This document shows, piece after piece, positions 44,301 through 56,122 of a stretch of DNA of 64,000 nucleotides. Positions within the stretch are counted from its first letter, which is position 1. Each line of letters opens with the position of its first letter. The notes under the pieces are model-generated. The model saw only the letters and a program-made list of their open reading frames with translations. It did no database searches and had not been told where the DNA came from. The stretch lies in NCBI GenBank assembly GCA_013416795.1, contig RQSC01001202.1, positions 1 through 64,000 on the forward strand, in the 5' to 3' direction. The translations under genes were made by a program, and so were the position numbers. This DNA is from Prasinococcaceae sp. CCMP 1430. Lineage: Eukaryota > Plantae > Prasinodermophyta.

Positions 44301-45109
44301 CGCATTCGAGACGAAGCCTGCTGCAGAAGACACTTTCGACGTGCCGACGACGTGCTCGTGCCTGTCAAGCCTAGCCATGCGCTTCGCCAGCGTCGTGCCG
44401 CCGGTTCTCGCGCGCAGCGTTGCGAGTCTGCGCCGGAGCGCTCTCGGCGGAGGCAGCGACGCGTCGTCCGCGCTGTCCGCACCTCGATGGGCGGCCGCAG
44501 TTGCCGGAGCCCTGCACGCGGTGGCGTCGCACTCGCCGGCGATGCTCGCCGCAGCCAGCGCCGATTTCTGCAGCGACATCTTGAAGCTCGCCGCAGAGAC
44601 CGCCAACATGCCGCAGTGGCGGCAGTGCGTGTGCACGCTCCTCGCGGCGGTCCGCGCGTCTTCGCCCTGGGCGTCCGCCGACGAAAAGCAAGTCGCCGCC
44701 ACCGCCGTGTCCGCGGCGGCCGCCGCAGACGGTACGCCTCGCGCTCACGTTCTCGGCCGCGAATGCTCCTCGCAGGCCGTCGCCGCCGCCGCCGCTGCCG
44801 CCACCTCCGCCCCCCTAGCGCGCCCATTGCGCGCGCAGTGCTTTGATGCGCGCCGCTGACGCTGCGCCCCCGGCAGGTGCCTTTGCGGAACTGCTGTGGA
44901 CGGAGACGGTCGCGTGCGTGGCGAGCGTAGCGCCCGAGTGGGTCCTCGGGGACGCCCTGCTGCGCATCAAGGAGGGGATGCTGCTGGCCGCGCCCAGTGG
45001 TGCGCCCGCGGGCGACGACGGCGCGGCGCTTCGGCGGCCGCCCGCCGCCGAGGCCGCCGCGCGCGTCGCGCGGCGCGTGCTGCGCGCGGAGCTCGCGCTC
45101 CATAGCTGA
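41353..45109 (+). CDS. Large uncharacterised alpha-helical protein (~1200 aa)
   Basis: Uninterrupted frame 41353-44731, GT-AG intron 44732-44876 with GCTGAC branch, last exon 44877-45109 in frame. Leu/Ala-rich helices; NLS-like PPRKRARL. Start is uncertain. Confidence 0.65.
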
Positions 45110-45252
45110 CGTGCGCGCGCTCGGCTACAACGACTGCGCGAGCAGCTCGGGCGCCGCGAGCGCTACGGCTGAAGCTGCCGCGGCGGTGCCGCGTTTCGTC
45201 CGCACCGTAAAGCGCTCCTCCCTGGCGATGGATCTATTATTGACTTCGAATT

Positions 45253-46646
45253 CTAGCTAGCATCACGCTGCGCCGTTTCCGCTGAACCCGCCACGGGCGC
45301 GTCCTCACCCTCGCCCAAGCCGCCGCCTTCGGCCGGCTCGTCCGAGGCAGCGACGGCCGTCGCGGCGGCGGCCGTCGCCGCAGCACTCTCCTCCCAAATC
45401 GCGTGAAGCGATCGGCGAAATCTCCGCGGCACGGTGACGAACTGATAGCGGCTTGCGTTGTACACCGCAGTGACGACCACGGCTCCCAGGAAGACCGTGC
45501 TCGCGGCCTCGCTGTGCCACAGCGCGACGCCGATCGCACCCGTTGCGACGGTGAACGTTAGCTGCAGCAGCCCGAAGGCTGTCACGCGCCACCAGTGGGC
45601 GTGCGCGCGGCCTGGCGGCCCCACGACGAGGCGGTGCAACGCGTTGCCGCCGCCGCGCGAGGCGCGGCGCGCGAGCGTGCGATACGAGGTCTCGATGTGC
45701 GGGTTGCTGCGCAGGTGCTGATAGCAGACGACCTGCAGCAAGACGAAATTGAAGGCCTGCCACGCCGCGTAGAACGCCAGCGGCGCCAGGAGGAGCCACC
45801 GGCCGGCGGCGCCGCGAGCTGCGGGCGCCGCGGACGGCAGCAGTGACAGCGCCGAGGCGCCGTCCACCACGTGCGGGACGCGAAAGCGGGCAACTTGGGT
45901 GACCAGCGCTGGTAGCACATGGACCAGCATGGACGTGATCTTGTCCATGTGGTAAGGAACGAGCTCGAACTGCCATGCGAGCGTCGCCCACGCCACCGGC
46001 CCGTTGGACGCCACGTAGCACACGGCCAGCGAGTGTGCACACACCCTGCCGCCCACCATGAGCGGGGCGAGCGTCCACGCCGTGAGCAAGTTCACCCAGT
46101 AGCAATAGTCGCCCAGGAAGTACTGCTGGTCCGAGGAGAAATAATAGTACGCCTTCACGGGCAAGCCCAGGGATAAGAACGCGTAGAAGATGGCGAAGCT
46201 GTTCGTCGGGTCCTTGCCGAGCGCGAAGCACGCGCCCATGAGCGCGATCTGCATGCCCGTGTACAGCGCCCGCTGGAGGAACAGCCGCAGCTTGGTGTCG
46301 CCGAAGGGTGCAAGGGAGTCGCTCCACTCGGTGAGCTCAACTTCGTACCGCCTTAGCCTCTCCCTGACGCCGCGGAGGCGCTCCTCGGCCTCGCGCCACG
46401 ACGCGCGGGCGCGCTGCCGCCGCCGCGCGACCCATGCGCGGCCCTGCTGCGACTTTTGCCGCGAGAGCTCGGGCAGGCGTCGCACGAGCGTCGACAGGTG
46501 CGCGCGCAGCTGGAGCGTGCCGGCGCCCCTCTCCGTGCCCGGCAGCACGCCTCGCGGCGCCGCTGCCCTCCGGCGCGCGCCGCCGCCGCGACTCGGGCTG
46601 ATCTCTTCGTCCCTGGCCGCGTCGCCCGCGTGGCTGCCGCCGCTGC
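45253..46646 (-). CDS. GPC1: Glycerophosphocholine acyltransferase (GPCAT, DUF2838), truncated at single N
   Basis: QQYFLGDYCYWVNLL, NGPVAWA, HMDKITSMLVH, FYAAWQ, ETSYRTL. The frame is open up to N46647. Confidence 0.85.
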
Positions 46647-47327
46647 NAAATGTTATTGCGCAATATTACATCGCATTTCATTAGAAAACGGCCCATGCCG
46701 GCGTGGCACGAGAATGTAGGGTCTACATTTTGTTTTGGCACGCGCACGTTAGGTGTGATCGACTGTACGTACTGTACGTCAAAAAGCGTGCATTTATACA
46801 AATCGCAGCATGTTGACGCGAAGGGGCACACACGTGCACGCGACGTGGGCCCACGTCTCGAAGGGGCGTCGGCCGCTTCCGAACACGTGTGGCTTCACCG
46901 CCAGTCACTGGCCTGGCGGAGGAGACGGGAGAGGTGGGGTCGGGGGGTGTGGGGGGGTTGTGTGGTGTGTGTGTGTGCGGGGGGGTAGGGGGTGGGGGTG
47001 GGGGGGACGGGGGAAGGGGGGAGAAGGGCAGCTGCGGTGGCGTGCGCCATACCGTCCGCACCGCGCCGGCGGCGCTGCAGCCTCAGCAGCAACGAGTTGG
47101 TCCGCAGCGGAATGAAGCGCGGCGCTCCGTAGCCGCTGGCCCCCGAGTCGGACCGTTGCCCTCTTCTTCCTCAGGCGTACCGGCGACGCACGTCGCCCTT
47201 GCGACAGCCGCGGCGGGGGCGGGGCCTCCCGCCACGCGCGCGCGCTGCTACGCGCACGCTCGCGCGCAAGCTCTCCGCGGCAACGGCTGAACTCGTAGCG
47301 AACGCGGGAAGCTCCGACACGACGATA

Positions 47328-48581
47328 ATGATGGCCACCGAAGAGGTCGCGCGCGTCGTGACGCCCGGCGTCGCGCCCGCGCCGCAGCCTGAGACGCGCG
47401 CTCCGCGCGCCTCATGCCGCGTGGTGCAACGCATTGGTTCAGACACGGGCACGCAGACGCTGGCGGCGATCAACGGCACCCTCGACCGCGCCAACGCCGC
47501 CGCAGAGGCAGCCGCGCCTCGTGACGGCGCCCCCTGGCAGCCCGCACCGCTCGACTTGCCGCGAGTCGACATGACCGGGGTTCGCGGCGTCGCCGACGGC
47601 AATGAGCAGGACGCTGATGCCGTCGCTTCCGCTGCCAAGGTCGTGGGCGAGGCCGCTCGTGGCATCGGCTTCTTCATCCTAGTGAACACTGGCATCGACG
47701 AGGAGCTCATGAACGATTCGCTTCGACTCACGCGCGAGATCCACAGCGACCCCAACGTCCGCTTCCCGCTCGCGTTCTCAGCCGAGTCCCTCATCGGCTT
47801 TCAGCGCATGGGAATGAGCTCGGCGGCGCGTGCGTTCAACAGGCTGAACACCGGGGAGCCCAAGGTCGATCACATTCAGTCGTTTATGGTCGGTCCCGAC
47901 GACGAGGAGCGTTGCAAGCGCCTGGCGCGCCCCTCGATGGCTGGTGTGTGGCCAGAAGGAACGCAGGCTGCCCGCGCATTCCGCGAGAAGTCAATCGAGT
48001 ACGCGCGCGAGATGGAGGCGCTCAGCCTAGATGTTCGTGCGTTGCTCGCGCTGAGCGCAGGCTTAGATCGTCGGACCTTCATCACGCCAGTCAAGGAGTG
48101 CGCCGGTCTGTTTCGGTACAGCTTCTATCCGCCCGTGGGCGAGGCGGAGGATCCGTGCGCGGGCAAGCCTGGCTTCGCGCATCTCGCAGGGCACACGGAC
48201 CTCGGCTCGTGCACACTGCTGATCGTCGACCGTCCGGGACTTGAGATAGTCAAGGACGGCGAGTGGCGCGCGCCTCCTCTCGTGCAGGGGGGCGTGTACG
48301 TCAACTGCGGCGATCTGATGCGCCTTTGGTCCAACGACGCGTTCACGTCCGCCGTGCATCGCGCGCGCATGCCGACAGGGGCCCACGACGGTCGTGCGAG
48401 CGTCGCATTCTTCTCCTCCGATTGCTTCAACTGCTCGCCGGACTACAACGAGCCGCTGATAGTGCCGGTCTCTGAGCTGCTCGGCGAGGGCGCCACGCCC
48501 AAGTACAAGCCCGAGAAGTGGTCCGACATGCTCGAGCGCCGCAGGAAGCTCGTGGTGAAGAAGGCCAGCGGGCTGGCGTGA
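47328..48581 (+). CDS. 2-oxoglutarate/Fe(II) dioxygenase, DIOX_N/IPNS-like
   Basis: GFFILVNTGI, HTD (GHTDLGSCTLL), VNCGDLMRLWSND, distal H (AVHRA), RxS (RASVAFF). Confidence 0.9.
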   Translation: MMATEEVARVVTPGVAPAPQPETRAPRASCRVVQRIGSDTGTQTLAAINGTLDRANAAAEAAAPRDGAPWQPAPLDLPRVDMTGVRGVADGNEQDADAVASAAKVVGEAARGIGFFILVNTGIDEELMNDSLRLTREIHSDPNVRFPLAFSAESLIGFQRMGMSSAARAFNRLNTGEPKVDHIQSFMVGPDDEERCKRLARPSMAGVWPEGTQAARAFREKSIEYAREMEALSLDVRALLALSAGLDRRTFITPVKECAGLFRYSFYPPVGEAEDPCAGKPGFAHLAGHTDLGSCTLLIVDRPGLEIVKDGEWRAPPLVQGGVYVNCGDLMRLWSNDAFTSAVHRARMPTGAHDGRASVAFFSSDCFNCSPDYNEPLIVPVSELLGEGATPKYKPEKWSDMLERRRKLVVKKASGLA

Positions 48582-48980
48582 CGGATGGCGATGGCGGCGA
48601 CCCCTCGCGCTGGACCGCGACCCTCAGGCTCCCCCCTCGTATTGCACACACCACCGCGTGTTTTTCTTCCTTTTGTTTGGCGTCACCGCGAGCCTTTTTC
48701 TGGCGCATTTTTGGAGGTAAATACACCCATAAAAGGTTTTTTTCCTTTCCACGTGGCGCAGATATTTTTTTCTCTCTGCGCTTTTTTGCTGCCCTTGCTG
48801 CCACAGTGCGCGGCCGGGGCGCGGCGAGGGCTTGGGAGGTGGTGGTGGGCGGGAGGTGGGAGAGAGGGGAGCGGTGGCGCTGGACGGCCTGCGTGTCGAC
48901 GGACACGACCTTGGCGAGCGTGAGGAGGGGCCGGCGCCGACGAAGCGACGGCCGCAGCCGACGAAGGGACGGCCGCACTC

Positions 48981-49778
48981 GTGCTCGCCGAGCTGGTCCT
49001 GACGGAGGGCGTCGCGTGGCGCGCAGACGCCGCGCCGCCGTCCGACTCCGAAGTGGCGCGAGCGACTGAGCAGTGGGTGGACACCTTCATCGTCGGGCGG
49101 GATGCCTGCCCGTTCGCTCGGCTCGCGCGAGGAGAGGGCGGGCGCGGGGGCGGGGACGACAAGCTGCGCGTGGTTGTCGAGCGCGGCGAGACCGAGGCGG
49201 CCATCGCTCACGCCGCACTCGCCGCCGCAGCCAACCTCCGCGGCGCCGATGAGCACACAACCGCGCTTGTGGTGGCTCCGGACGCCAGCCTGCTGATGAG
49301 CTACTCGCACTTTGCGCTCTTCGCGGAGGCCGTGGCGGAGGCCGTGGCGTACGAGACCGAAGGCCTGGGCGAGGACGCGGTGCGTGTGGCGGCGTTCCAC
49401 CCAGCCGCGGCGCACGCGGCGGCGGCGACCGTGTCGGCGAGCGCATTCGAAGCCGTCGAGCTGCTGCGCTGGGCGCCCTTCCCGACGCTGCACCTGCTGC
49501 GAGACGGCGACACGGAGCGCGCCAAGGGGGACTACGCTCGGCGCAACCCCCGAGAGTGCCACGCGCAGCACAGGGTGGGCGGGTCCTGGAGCGCGGGCAT
49601 CCTCGCGCGAAACCGTCTCGCGCTGCGTGCCAGCGAGCCCTCGGCGCTGCTCGCGGAGCTGCAGGCGACGCAGCCCGGTGCCATTGCCACCGGCGAGGAG
49701 GGTCGGTTGTGCGTGCTCGCGCTCGAAGCCGCGCGTGCGGCGGTCGAGCGCAGCGGCGCCGCCGATGAGTACAGGTGA
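48981..49778 (+). CDS. DUF1415 family protein (start uncertain)
   Basis: WVDTFIVGRDACPFA, VAAFHP, WAPFPTLHLLR. No ATG at the 5' end of the frame, so an upstream exon is likely. Confidence 0.75.
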   Translation: MLAELVLTEGVAWRADAAPPSDSEVARATEQWVDTFIVGRDACPFARLARGEGGRGGGDDKLRVVVERGETEAAIAHAALAAAANLRGADEHTTALVVAPDASLLMSYSHFALFAEAVAEAVAYETEGLGEDAVRVAAFHPAAAHAAAATVSASAFEAVELLRWAPFPTLHLLRDGDTERAKGDYARRNPRECHAQHRVGGSWSAGILARNRLALRASEPSALLAELQATQPGAIATGEEGRLCVLALEAARAAVERSGAADEYR

Positions 49779-50214
49779 GGACACTCGACTGCGCGCCAGC
49801 GTTGCCCGCCGCGCGCGCTCGCACGCTCGAGCGCCCCCCGCGGCTGACGAGCGCGCCGCCACGACCGCCCCTGACGACTCGCGCACCTCGTGCGCCGTAC
49901 GCGCCGCATGCGCGCCCGTAGGCGCATGCGCGAGCAGCTGCCCGCGCGGTCCTCGCATGCGCCACCTCAGAGGTGACGCCGGGCACCGTCTCATAGGGAG
50001 CAGCAGTCCAGTGCTTGCCCGTGACCGCACATGTCGATACCACATGAGCGAGCGCGACTGCGCCGCCCCATGCCATGTCATGCTACGCTACGCTATTACA
50101 CTATATTACACTATGCCACGCTACGTTGACCTATGATGTCGTGTGTGCTAGCTGCGCGACTCCGCCCGGATCTCCAGCGCCGATTCGCGACTTGCCTCAG
50201 CGCGACCGCTCGAC

Positions 50215-50850
50215 TCAGCAGCGCGCCACCGAAGACTCCCAGACACTGCGGGTGCCGAAGTTGCGCACGTCCTGCACGCCACGGCGCGCGTCAGCGGCGA
50301 GCAGCGGCGGCTGTGTGTGGAGCAGTGGCAGCGGCGCGGGTGTCGACCCCGGCGACAGCAGCGTTGGCGGCGGCGCGCAGCGCGCGGCGCACCTGCCACC
50401 ACGGGGCCGCCACTGTCACGTACAGCAGCGGCCGCGCCGCCTCGGACTCATTGGCCAGGCCGCGGTGCACGACACGAAAATCGGCCAGCACCACATCGCC
50501 GGCCGTCAGCGCGGGCGCCTCGGCGTCGCGTGTCGCGCCGGCGAGCATGTGATCGCCGCCGCCGTCGGCCCGGGCGGCCTCGCGCTCCTGGGCGGCCGCC
50601 GGTGTGTGCGTGCCCGCGACGAACTCCGTGGGGCCATTGCGCAGCTCGAGGCTGGTGTCCACCAGCGGGATGAAGGCGTTGACTGCGTACGGCGCCGCTG
50701 GAGAGTCGCCGCTGAGGCCGAAGAGGTGCTCGCCGTCCACGTGCAGGCCCTGCGCAGGCGCGCCCGGCTCGCTCGTCACGCAGCCGGCGAAGTCCACCGC
50801 GGCGCCCCCCGCGCAGCCCACCGCCGCCTCCGCCGCGCGCCGCCATCCAC
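50215..50850 (-). CDS. Phytanoyl-CoA dioxygenase (PhyH)-like 2OG/Fe(II) enzyme, 5' end in gap
   Basis: AQGLHVDG (HxD), AFIPLVD, GPTEFVAGTH, AGDVVLADFRVVHRGLAN, RPLLY. GT-AG intron 50392-50272 with CTGAC branch; last exon DVRNFGTRSVWESSVARC*. Confidence 0.85.
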
Positions 50851-51339
50851 NNNNNNNNNNNNNNNNNNNNNNNNNNNNNNNNNNNNNNNNNNNNNNNNNN
50901 NNNNNNNNNNNNNNNNNNNNNNNNNNNNNNNNNNNNNNNNNNNNNNNNNNNNNNNNNNNNNNNNNNNNNNNNNNNNNNNNNNNNNNNNNNNNNCCCTCCC
51001 CCCACCCCCCCCCTCCGGCCACCTCCCTTTCGTCTCCGCGCGCGCGCTCCTCTTGCACGCGCGCGGGGGCGCGGGGTGTGGCGGGGTCCCGGGGGGAGGG
51101 TGGTGTGTGTGTGGGGGGGGAGGAGGCGTGCGCGCACGGCGGCGCGCGCACCCGCGCCCCCGCCGAGTGCGCCGTCAGCCACACACGGCGGATAGACGGA
51201 TACGAAATTCGTTGCGTGTGGCACGGATCGCTCGCTTGCATCAATATTTGGGGTCAGGGTTTATATTTTATGTTTTCGGCACGATGCGCACATGTACATG
51301 TGCAATTGTGCTGTCATTGTACGCGTACGCGAGAGCGCG

Positions 51340-51401
<62 letters not shown>

Positions 51402-51407
51402 CACATG

Positions 51408-51444
<37 letters not shown>

Positions 51445-51460
51445 ACGCACACACACACAC
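51340..51460. repeat. (CA)n microsatellite upstream of GSIII
   Basis: Long CA/CACG run seen directly. Confidence 0.95.
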
Positions 51461-51747
51461 AAAAACACACCGCCTACTGTACGTACAGTCACTTCGTCGC
51501 CTTTGCGGAGCGCTCTGGGACCTGTGGGACCCCCGCCAGTGGCCTCCCGGCGCGCGCGTGGATTTTGTGTTTCTTTTCTTTTCGGGTTCGGCGACACGCG
51601 GGCCGCTGTGGAACCTGGCGAGGGGGCGTTGGTGGGGCGTTGGCGGTGGCGGAAGGGGGGAGGGGCGGGGCTCGCGCGGCGCGCCACTGCCGTCCCTCGC
51701 GCTCGGCCGCCGCTGGCAGCGCTTGCCGGCTGCCGCGGGCGTCCGCG

Positions 51748-54285
51748 ATGGGCGCGAACGGCGCCGCGAACGGCGCCGACGTGCACAAGATGAAGAGGGT
51801 GGACTCGCGCCAGCTCGCTCCGGGAGCGTCGGTCGCCTCGCATCTCGACCCGGAGGCGCGGCTGGCCGTCTACGGGGAGGTGCGTTGGAGCGCGAGGGCG
51901 GCGAATGCGCCCAGGGCGTCGCTAGTGGGCTAGCGGGGGGGGGGGGAGGATGTGTGGGGCGGTCAGCCGCGCTGCTCACAGCCTGCTGTCCGCTGACATT
52001 CTTGCCTGTCTCCGGGCGCCATCCCGCGACACAGGCAAGCTTCAAAGGACGCGTGGCGGAGCGGTACCTGGCAAAGCAGCCGGGTTGGACGGACCCAATC
52101 TCTGCGCTCTCCGAGCCCGCGTGGACGGCCGACGAGGTTAAGGTGTGACACGCCGCGCCGCGTTGCTCGCGCCTGCGCTCTGCATTCTTCGCTGCAGACC
52201 GACCGACCGACCGACCGATCGAGTCGCTCATTCAGTTAGGCACCAGCCAGTACCTGACCCTACTCGCGCTGGTCGCCTCTGCAGGCTGGCGCCGTAGCCG
52301 CGGCGCTGCGCGAATGGGCGCTCAGCCTCGGCGCCACCTCGTACTGCCACTGGTTCCAGCCGATGGGCGCGGGCGGCGTGCGTCACGGCCAGGCGGCCGG
52401 CGTGCAAATATCGATGCTGTCCTTTGACGAGGACAATAGCCCGTACTATCACTTCACTGGCAAGGAATTGCTGAGCGGCGAGACGGACGGCAGCTCGTAC
52501 CCGCACGGTGGCCTGCGCGCCACGCACACCGCCGGCGGATACCTCGTCGTCGACCCCGTCAGCCCGCCCTTCGTGCGCGGCGATTGCCTCTTCATCCCGG
52601 CGGCGTTCATCTCGTACACGGGCATGGCGCTCGACGAGAAGACACCGCTGCACCGCGCGTGCGCGGCACTCAGCAATCAGGGCTGCCGCATGCTCAAGGC
52701 GCTCGGTGTGGACTCCGAGGGTCTCATTTGCAACATTGGGTTGGAGCAGGAGTTCTTCTTGGTGCCGCGCGAGTCGTACTACGCGCGCCCTGATCTGCAG
52801 TACGCCGGGCGGACGCTGCTCGGCGCGCCGCCCGCGCGCGGCCAGGAGATGTCCGACCACTACATGGCGCCCACGTCCCAGTCGACGGCGGCGCTCGCGT
52901 GCCTGCAGGAGGTGCAAGAGGAGTGCTTCCGGCTGGGCATTCCGCTCAAGACGCGCCATCGCGAGGTCGCGCCCGGACAGTACGAACTGGTGCCCCTCTT
53001 TGGCGACTGCCGAGTCGAGTCCGATCGGAACTTGATACTCATGCAGATCATCGAAGAGACGGCCGCCAAGTTCGGCCTCTCCGCCCTGCTCAACGAGAAG
53101 CCCTTCGACGGCATCAACGGCTCGGGCAAGCACAACAACTGGTCCTTCGCCACAGTCGAGGGCCTGCAGCTGCTCAACCCGTCGCAGGCATTCCAGAAGA
53201 CGGGCAGCCCGCACGTCTTCCCGGCTGCCATCGCGGCGGTCGTGCGCGGCGTCCACAAGTACGGCGATCTCATGCGCCAGTCGATCGCGACCCCGGGCAA
53301 CGACTTCCGACTGGGCGGCATGGAGGCGCCGCCGGTGGTCATCTCGACCTATCTCGGTACGAGCCTCGCCGACTACCTGCAGCGGTACATCGCCGGAGAG
53401 GAGGTCGGCGCGTACGCCCCCGCCAAGCACGAGCTCCCGTTCGGCGTGGGCACGCTCCCCCGCATTCGCGTACCGTCAGAGGATCGCAACCGCACGTCCC
53501 CCTTCCCCTATGGTGGCAACCGCTTCGAGTTCCGCGCGGCCGGCTCGAGTCAGAACATGGCGCCGATTAACACGGTGCTCAACACGCTCACCGCAGAGGG
53601 CATGAAGGTGATCGCCGATCGCATCGAGGCGGGCGAGGGAGCGCAGACGGTCATCGCCGACATCCTGAAGTCGAGCTGGGCCTCAGTTTTCAACGGCGAT
53701 GGGTACAGCGCCTCGTGGCCTGAGGAGGCCAAGGCCAAGGGGCTGTGGAGCATCGCGTCGAGCGTCGACGCCATCAGCTCATTGACTTCAGAGAAGAACG
53801 TCGCCCTCTTCGAAAGCATGGGCGTGCTCACCGCCGACGAGTGCGAGGCGCGCCAGAACGTGTGCCTCAGCCACTACCTGAAAACCGTCGAAGTGGAGGC
53901 GTCCTCGCTGAAGGAGATGATCAAGTCGTATATCCTCCCCGCCTGCGCCGCGTGCGGCGTCGAGAGCCGCGTGGCCCACGCGCCCACCGACGCGGCGCCC
54001 ACCATGGCGGCGCTCGAGACTTCTGCCGACGCCCTGGAAGAGGCCGTCGCCGCCATCGACGAATTGTCCAAGACGGATCTGGTGGCAGCCGCGCGCGAGG
54101 CGCACGACCTTCGCCTGGGCAAGATGCTCGAGATCCGCCGCATCTGCGACTCGGCCGAGGTGCTCTGCCGTCGCGACGTCTGGCCGCTCGCGCAGTACAA
54201 GGACCTGCTCTTCCTGGACACCCACACCTCCTTCGACACCTCGTTTGCGCAGGTGTCGCAAGATTTCTCCGAGCCGATGGCGTGA
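51748..54285 (+). CDS. glnN: Glutamine synthetase type III
   Basis: Exons 51748-51879, 52035-52142 and 52285-54285, all GT-AG, phase 0. GSIII motifs HWFQP, LLSGETDGSSYPHGG, IGLEQEFFL, DHY, HREVAPGQYEL, EKPFDGINGSGKHNNWS, RNRTSPFPYGGNRFEFRA, WPLAQYKDLLF. Confidence 0.95.
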
Positions 54286-54986
54286 TCCTCGATCGCGTGG
54301 AGAGAACACGCGCGAGGCGGCCACCCACCAACGACTTACAGTAAGCCCCCGAGCGCGAGGAAGAGATGCACGCGCCGTCTTACGTAGGAGTGAGCCAGAA
54401 ACGTACAGCACGCACTGTGCATTAGTCCACTAGATGTCGCTTAAAAAGAGAGGAAAAAATCGAGTCGCACCAATCATGGTATCGTTGATAGTGAACCTTA
54501 TCCATTAATATCCAGTGTGCATGTGTGCGTGTGGTCGCCACGCTGCCTTGGGGTGGGTGTGGGGGTGGGTGGCGGGGTGGGGGGTGCTCGTGCCGTTGCG
54601 GTGAGTGCAATGCAACGCACAAGCGTGTGGTGGCGACCGGCAAGCCGGACATGTGCCACGCACCCCGTCCAAAAATGGTTTGATAAGTTAGGGACCCATT
54701 AGGGCCCCGAATCACTATCAAATGATTCAGAACAGATACTGTCACGGCCAGGCAGCGGAGAGTCGTGTCAGTCGGTGCTGACTCAGACCTCTACCATGCC
54801 GGCAGCGCGATCCGGAGGCGCGCAGCGATCTCACGCCACGCACCTACACAAGATCATAGCGATTAAGCCGATCGAGTTGGCATGATTGGCGCTGCTAAAA
54901 CCCCCGCGCGCCGCGCCGCTCCCGGCGCGACGATTGTGGCGTACTGTGATGGTATTGTTGTACCGACCTAGCTACGTGTGTTTGTA

Positions 54987-56090
54987 ATGCATGCTCATTG
55001 CGCGGCCTTGCCGCCTCCCGTTGCCCGCGGGCCATACAATATGTCTCGCCACCGTAGCAATGTCAAGCACGAATTTAGGGCCCATGCGCGGCGATGGACA
55101 GGCGGGCGGCAGACAGCGGAGGCGCCACACAGCGCGCGCGAGGCGGCCGGCGGTGTCCACGAGGCCCACGTCCGTCCCGAGGTGGCCGCGTCTCTGAACG
55201 AGCCCGCACGTGTACGCCGTACACTCGACGGGGCGAGCGCGCTCGCGGGGATGCGCGCCGGCGGCGCGGACGGCAGCGGGAGCGGCGGCGCGGGCGAGGC
55301 GTGTGTGGCATCGGCACGGAGCGCGCGCCACGCGGTGTTGCTTGCAATCCAGGCGGTCGGCGCCAACGAGGTGGCCGTGCGCGAGGCGCGTGCGGAGAGT
55401 GACGTGATACGGGCGGAGATCGAATGGGCCAAAAATGGATGCAGTGGAGCAATCGGCTACATTGCTGGCGCGGCTGTCGACGCCATTGACAATGCCGCGG
55501 TTAGCAGCGGCAGCGGTGCCGGAGGCCTCCGCTCTGCGTCGGCGGAGCGCTCGTGCCGGGCGCTGCTGCTAGTGACGCAGGTGTTTGGTGCCAGCGCCAG
55601 CGCCGTGCAGGAGGCGCGCGCGGAGCTCGCTGCCTTGAAGGAGGAGCTTGACCTGTCCCTTACGAGCGTGAAGGCTCTGGGTGGCCCAGCGATTGTGCCA
55701 GGACCTTTGGACGTGAACGTATTGCTGCGACGTGCCACATTCGCCGGTGCGGAGTATTGCCTGCGGTTGCTACTCGAGGCGGGTGCCGAGACGGACAAGG
55801 CAGATCAGATAGGCGAGGTTGCCTTGCACGGGGCCGCCTGGCAGGGCCATGTCGACTGCCTGCGGCTGCTGCTGGGGGCTGGCGCCGACATAGACAAGGC
55901 CGATTTTCAGGGCAGGACACCGTTGCATATCGCGGCTATTCGCGGATACCGTGAGTGCGCGCAGCTGCTGCTCGAGGCGGGCGCCGACGCATTCGCTCGC
56001 ATGATCAATGGCCGCACGCCGCTCGACATGGCCCGCAGCAAGGCCACCGCGGCGCTGCTGCGGCAGCACGCCGCCTCCTGCGCGCCGTAG
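54987..56090 (+). CDS. Ankyrin-repeat protein
   Basis: 3-4 C-terminal repeats (GEVALHGAAWQGHVDCLRLLLGAGAD, GRTPLHIAAIRGYRECAQLLLEAGAD, GRTPLDMA) after a helical N-terminal region. Start is uncertain. Confidence 0.85.
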   Translation: MHAHCAALPPPVARGPYNMSRHRSNVKHEFRAHARRWTGGRQTAEAPHSAREAAGGVHEAHVRPEVAASLNEPARVRRTLDGASALAGMRAGGADGSGSGGAGEACVASARSARHAVLLAIQAVGANEVAVREARAESDVIRAEIEWAKNGCSGAIGYIAGAAVDAIDNAAVSSGSGAGGLRSASAERSCRALLLVTQVFGASASAVQEARAELAALKEELDLSLTSVKALGGPAIVPGPLDVNVLLRRATFAGAEYCLRLLLEAGAETDKADQIGEVALHGAAWQGHVDCLRLLLGAGADIDKADFQGRTPLHIAAIRGYRECAQLLLEAGADAFARMINGRTPLDMARSKATAALLRQHAASCAP

Positions 56091-56122
56091 GAGGGCGCAC
56101 TCATCGAAGCGCTGAGGGTCAA

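Noticed and set aside
3890-54285. Window-wide nitrogen/carbon metabolic gene cluster (NAGS, HXK, DiT2, ACS, GSIII)
   Set aside because: The genes are separated by unrelated loci over 50 kb, consistent with ordinary gene order in a compact genome.
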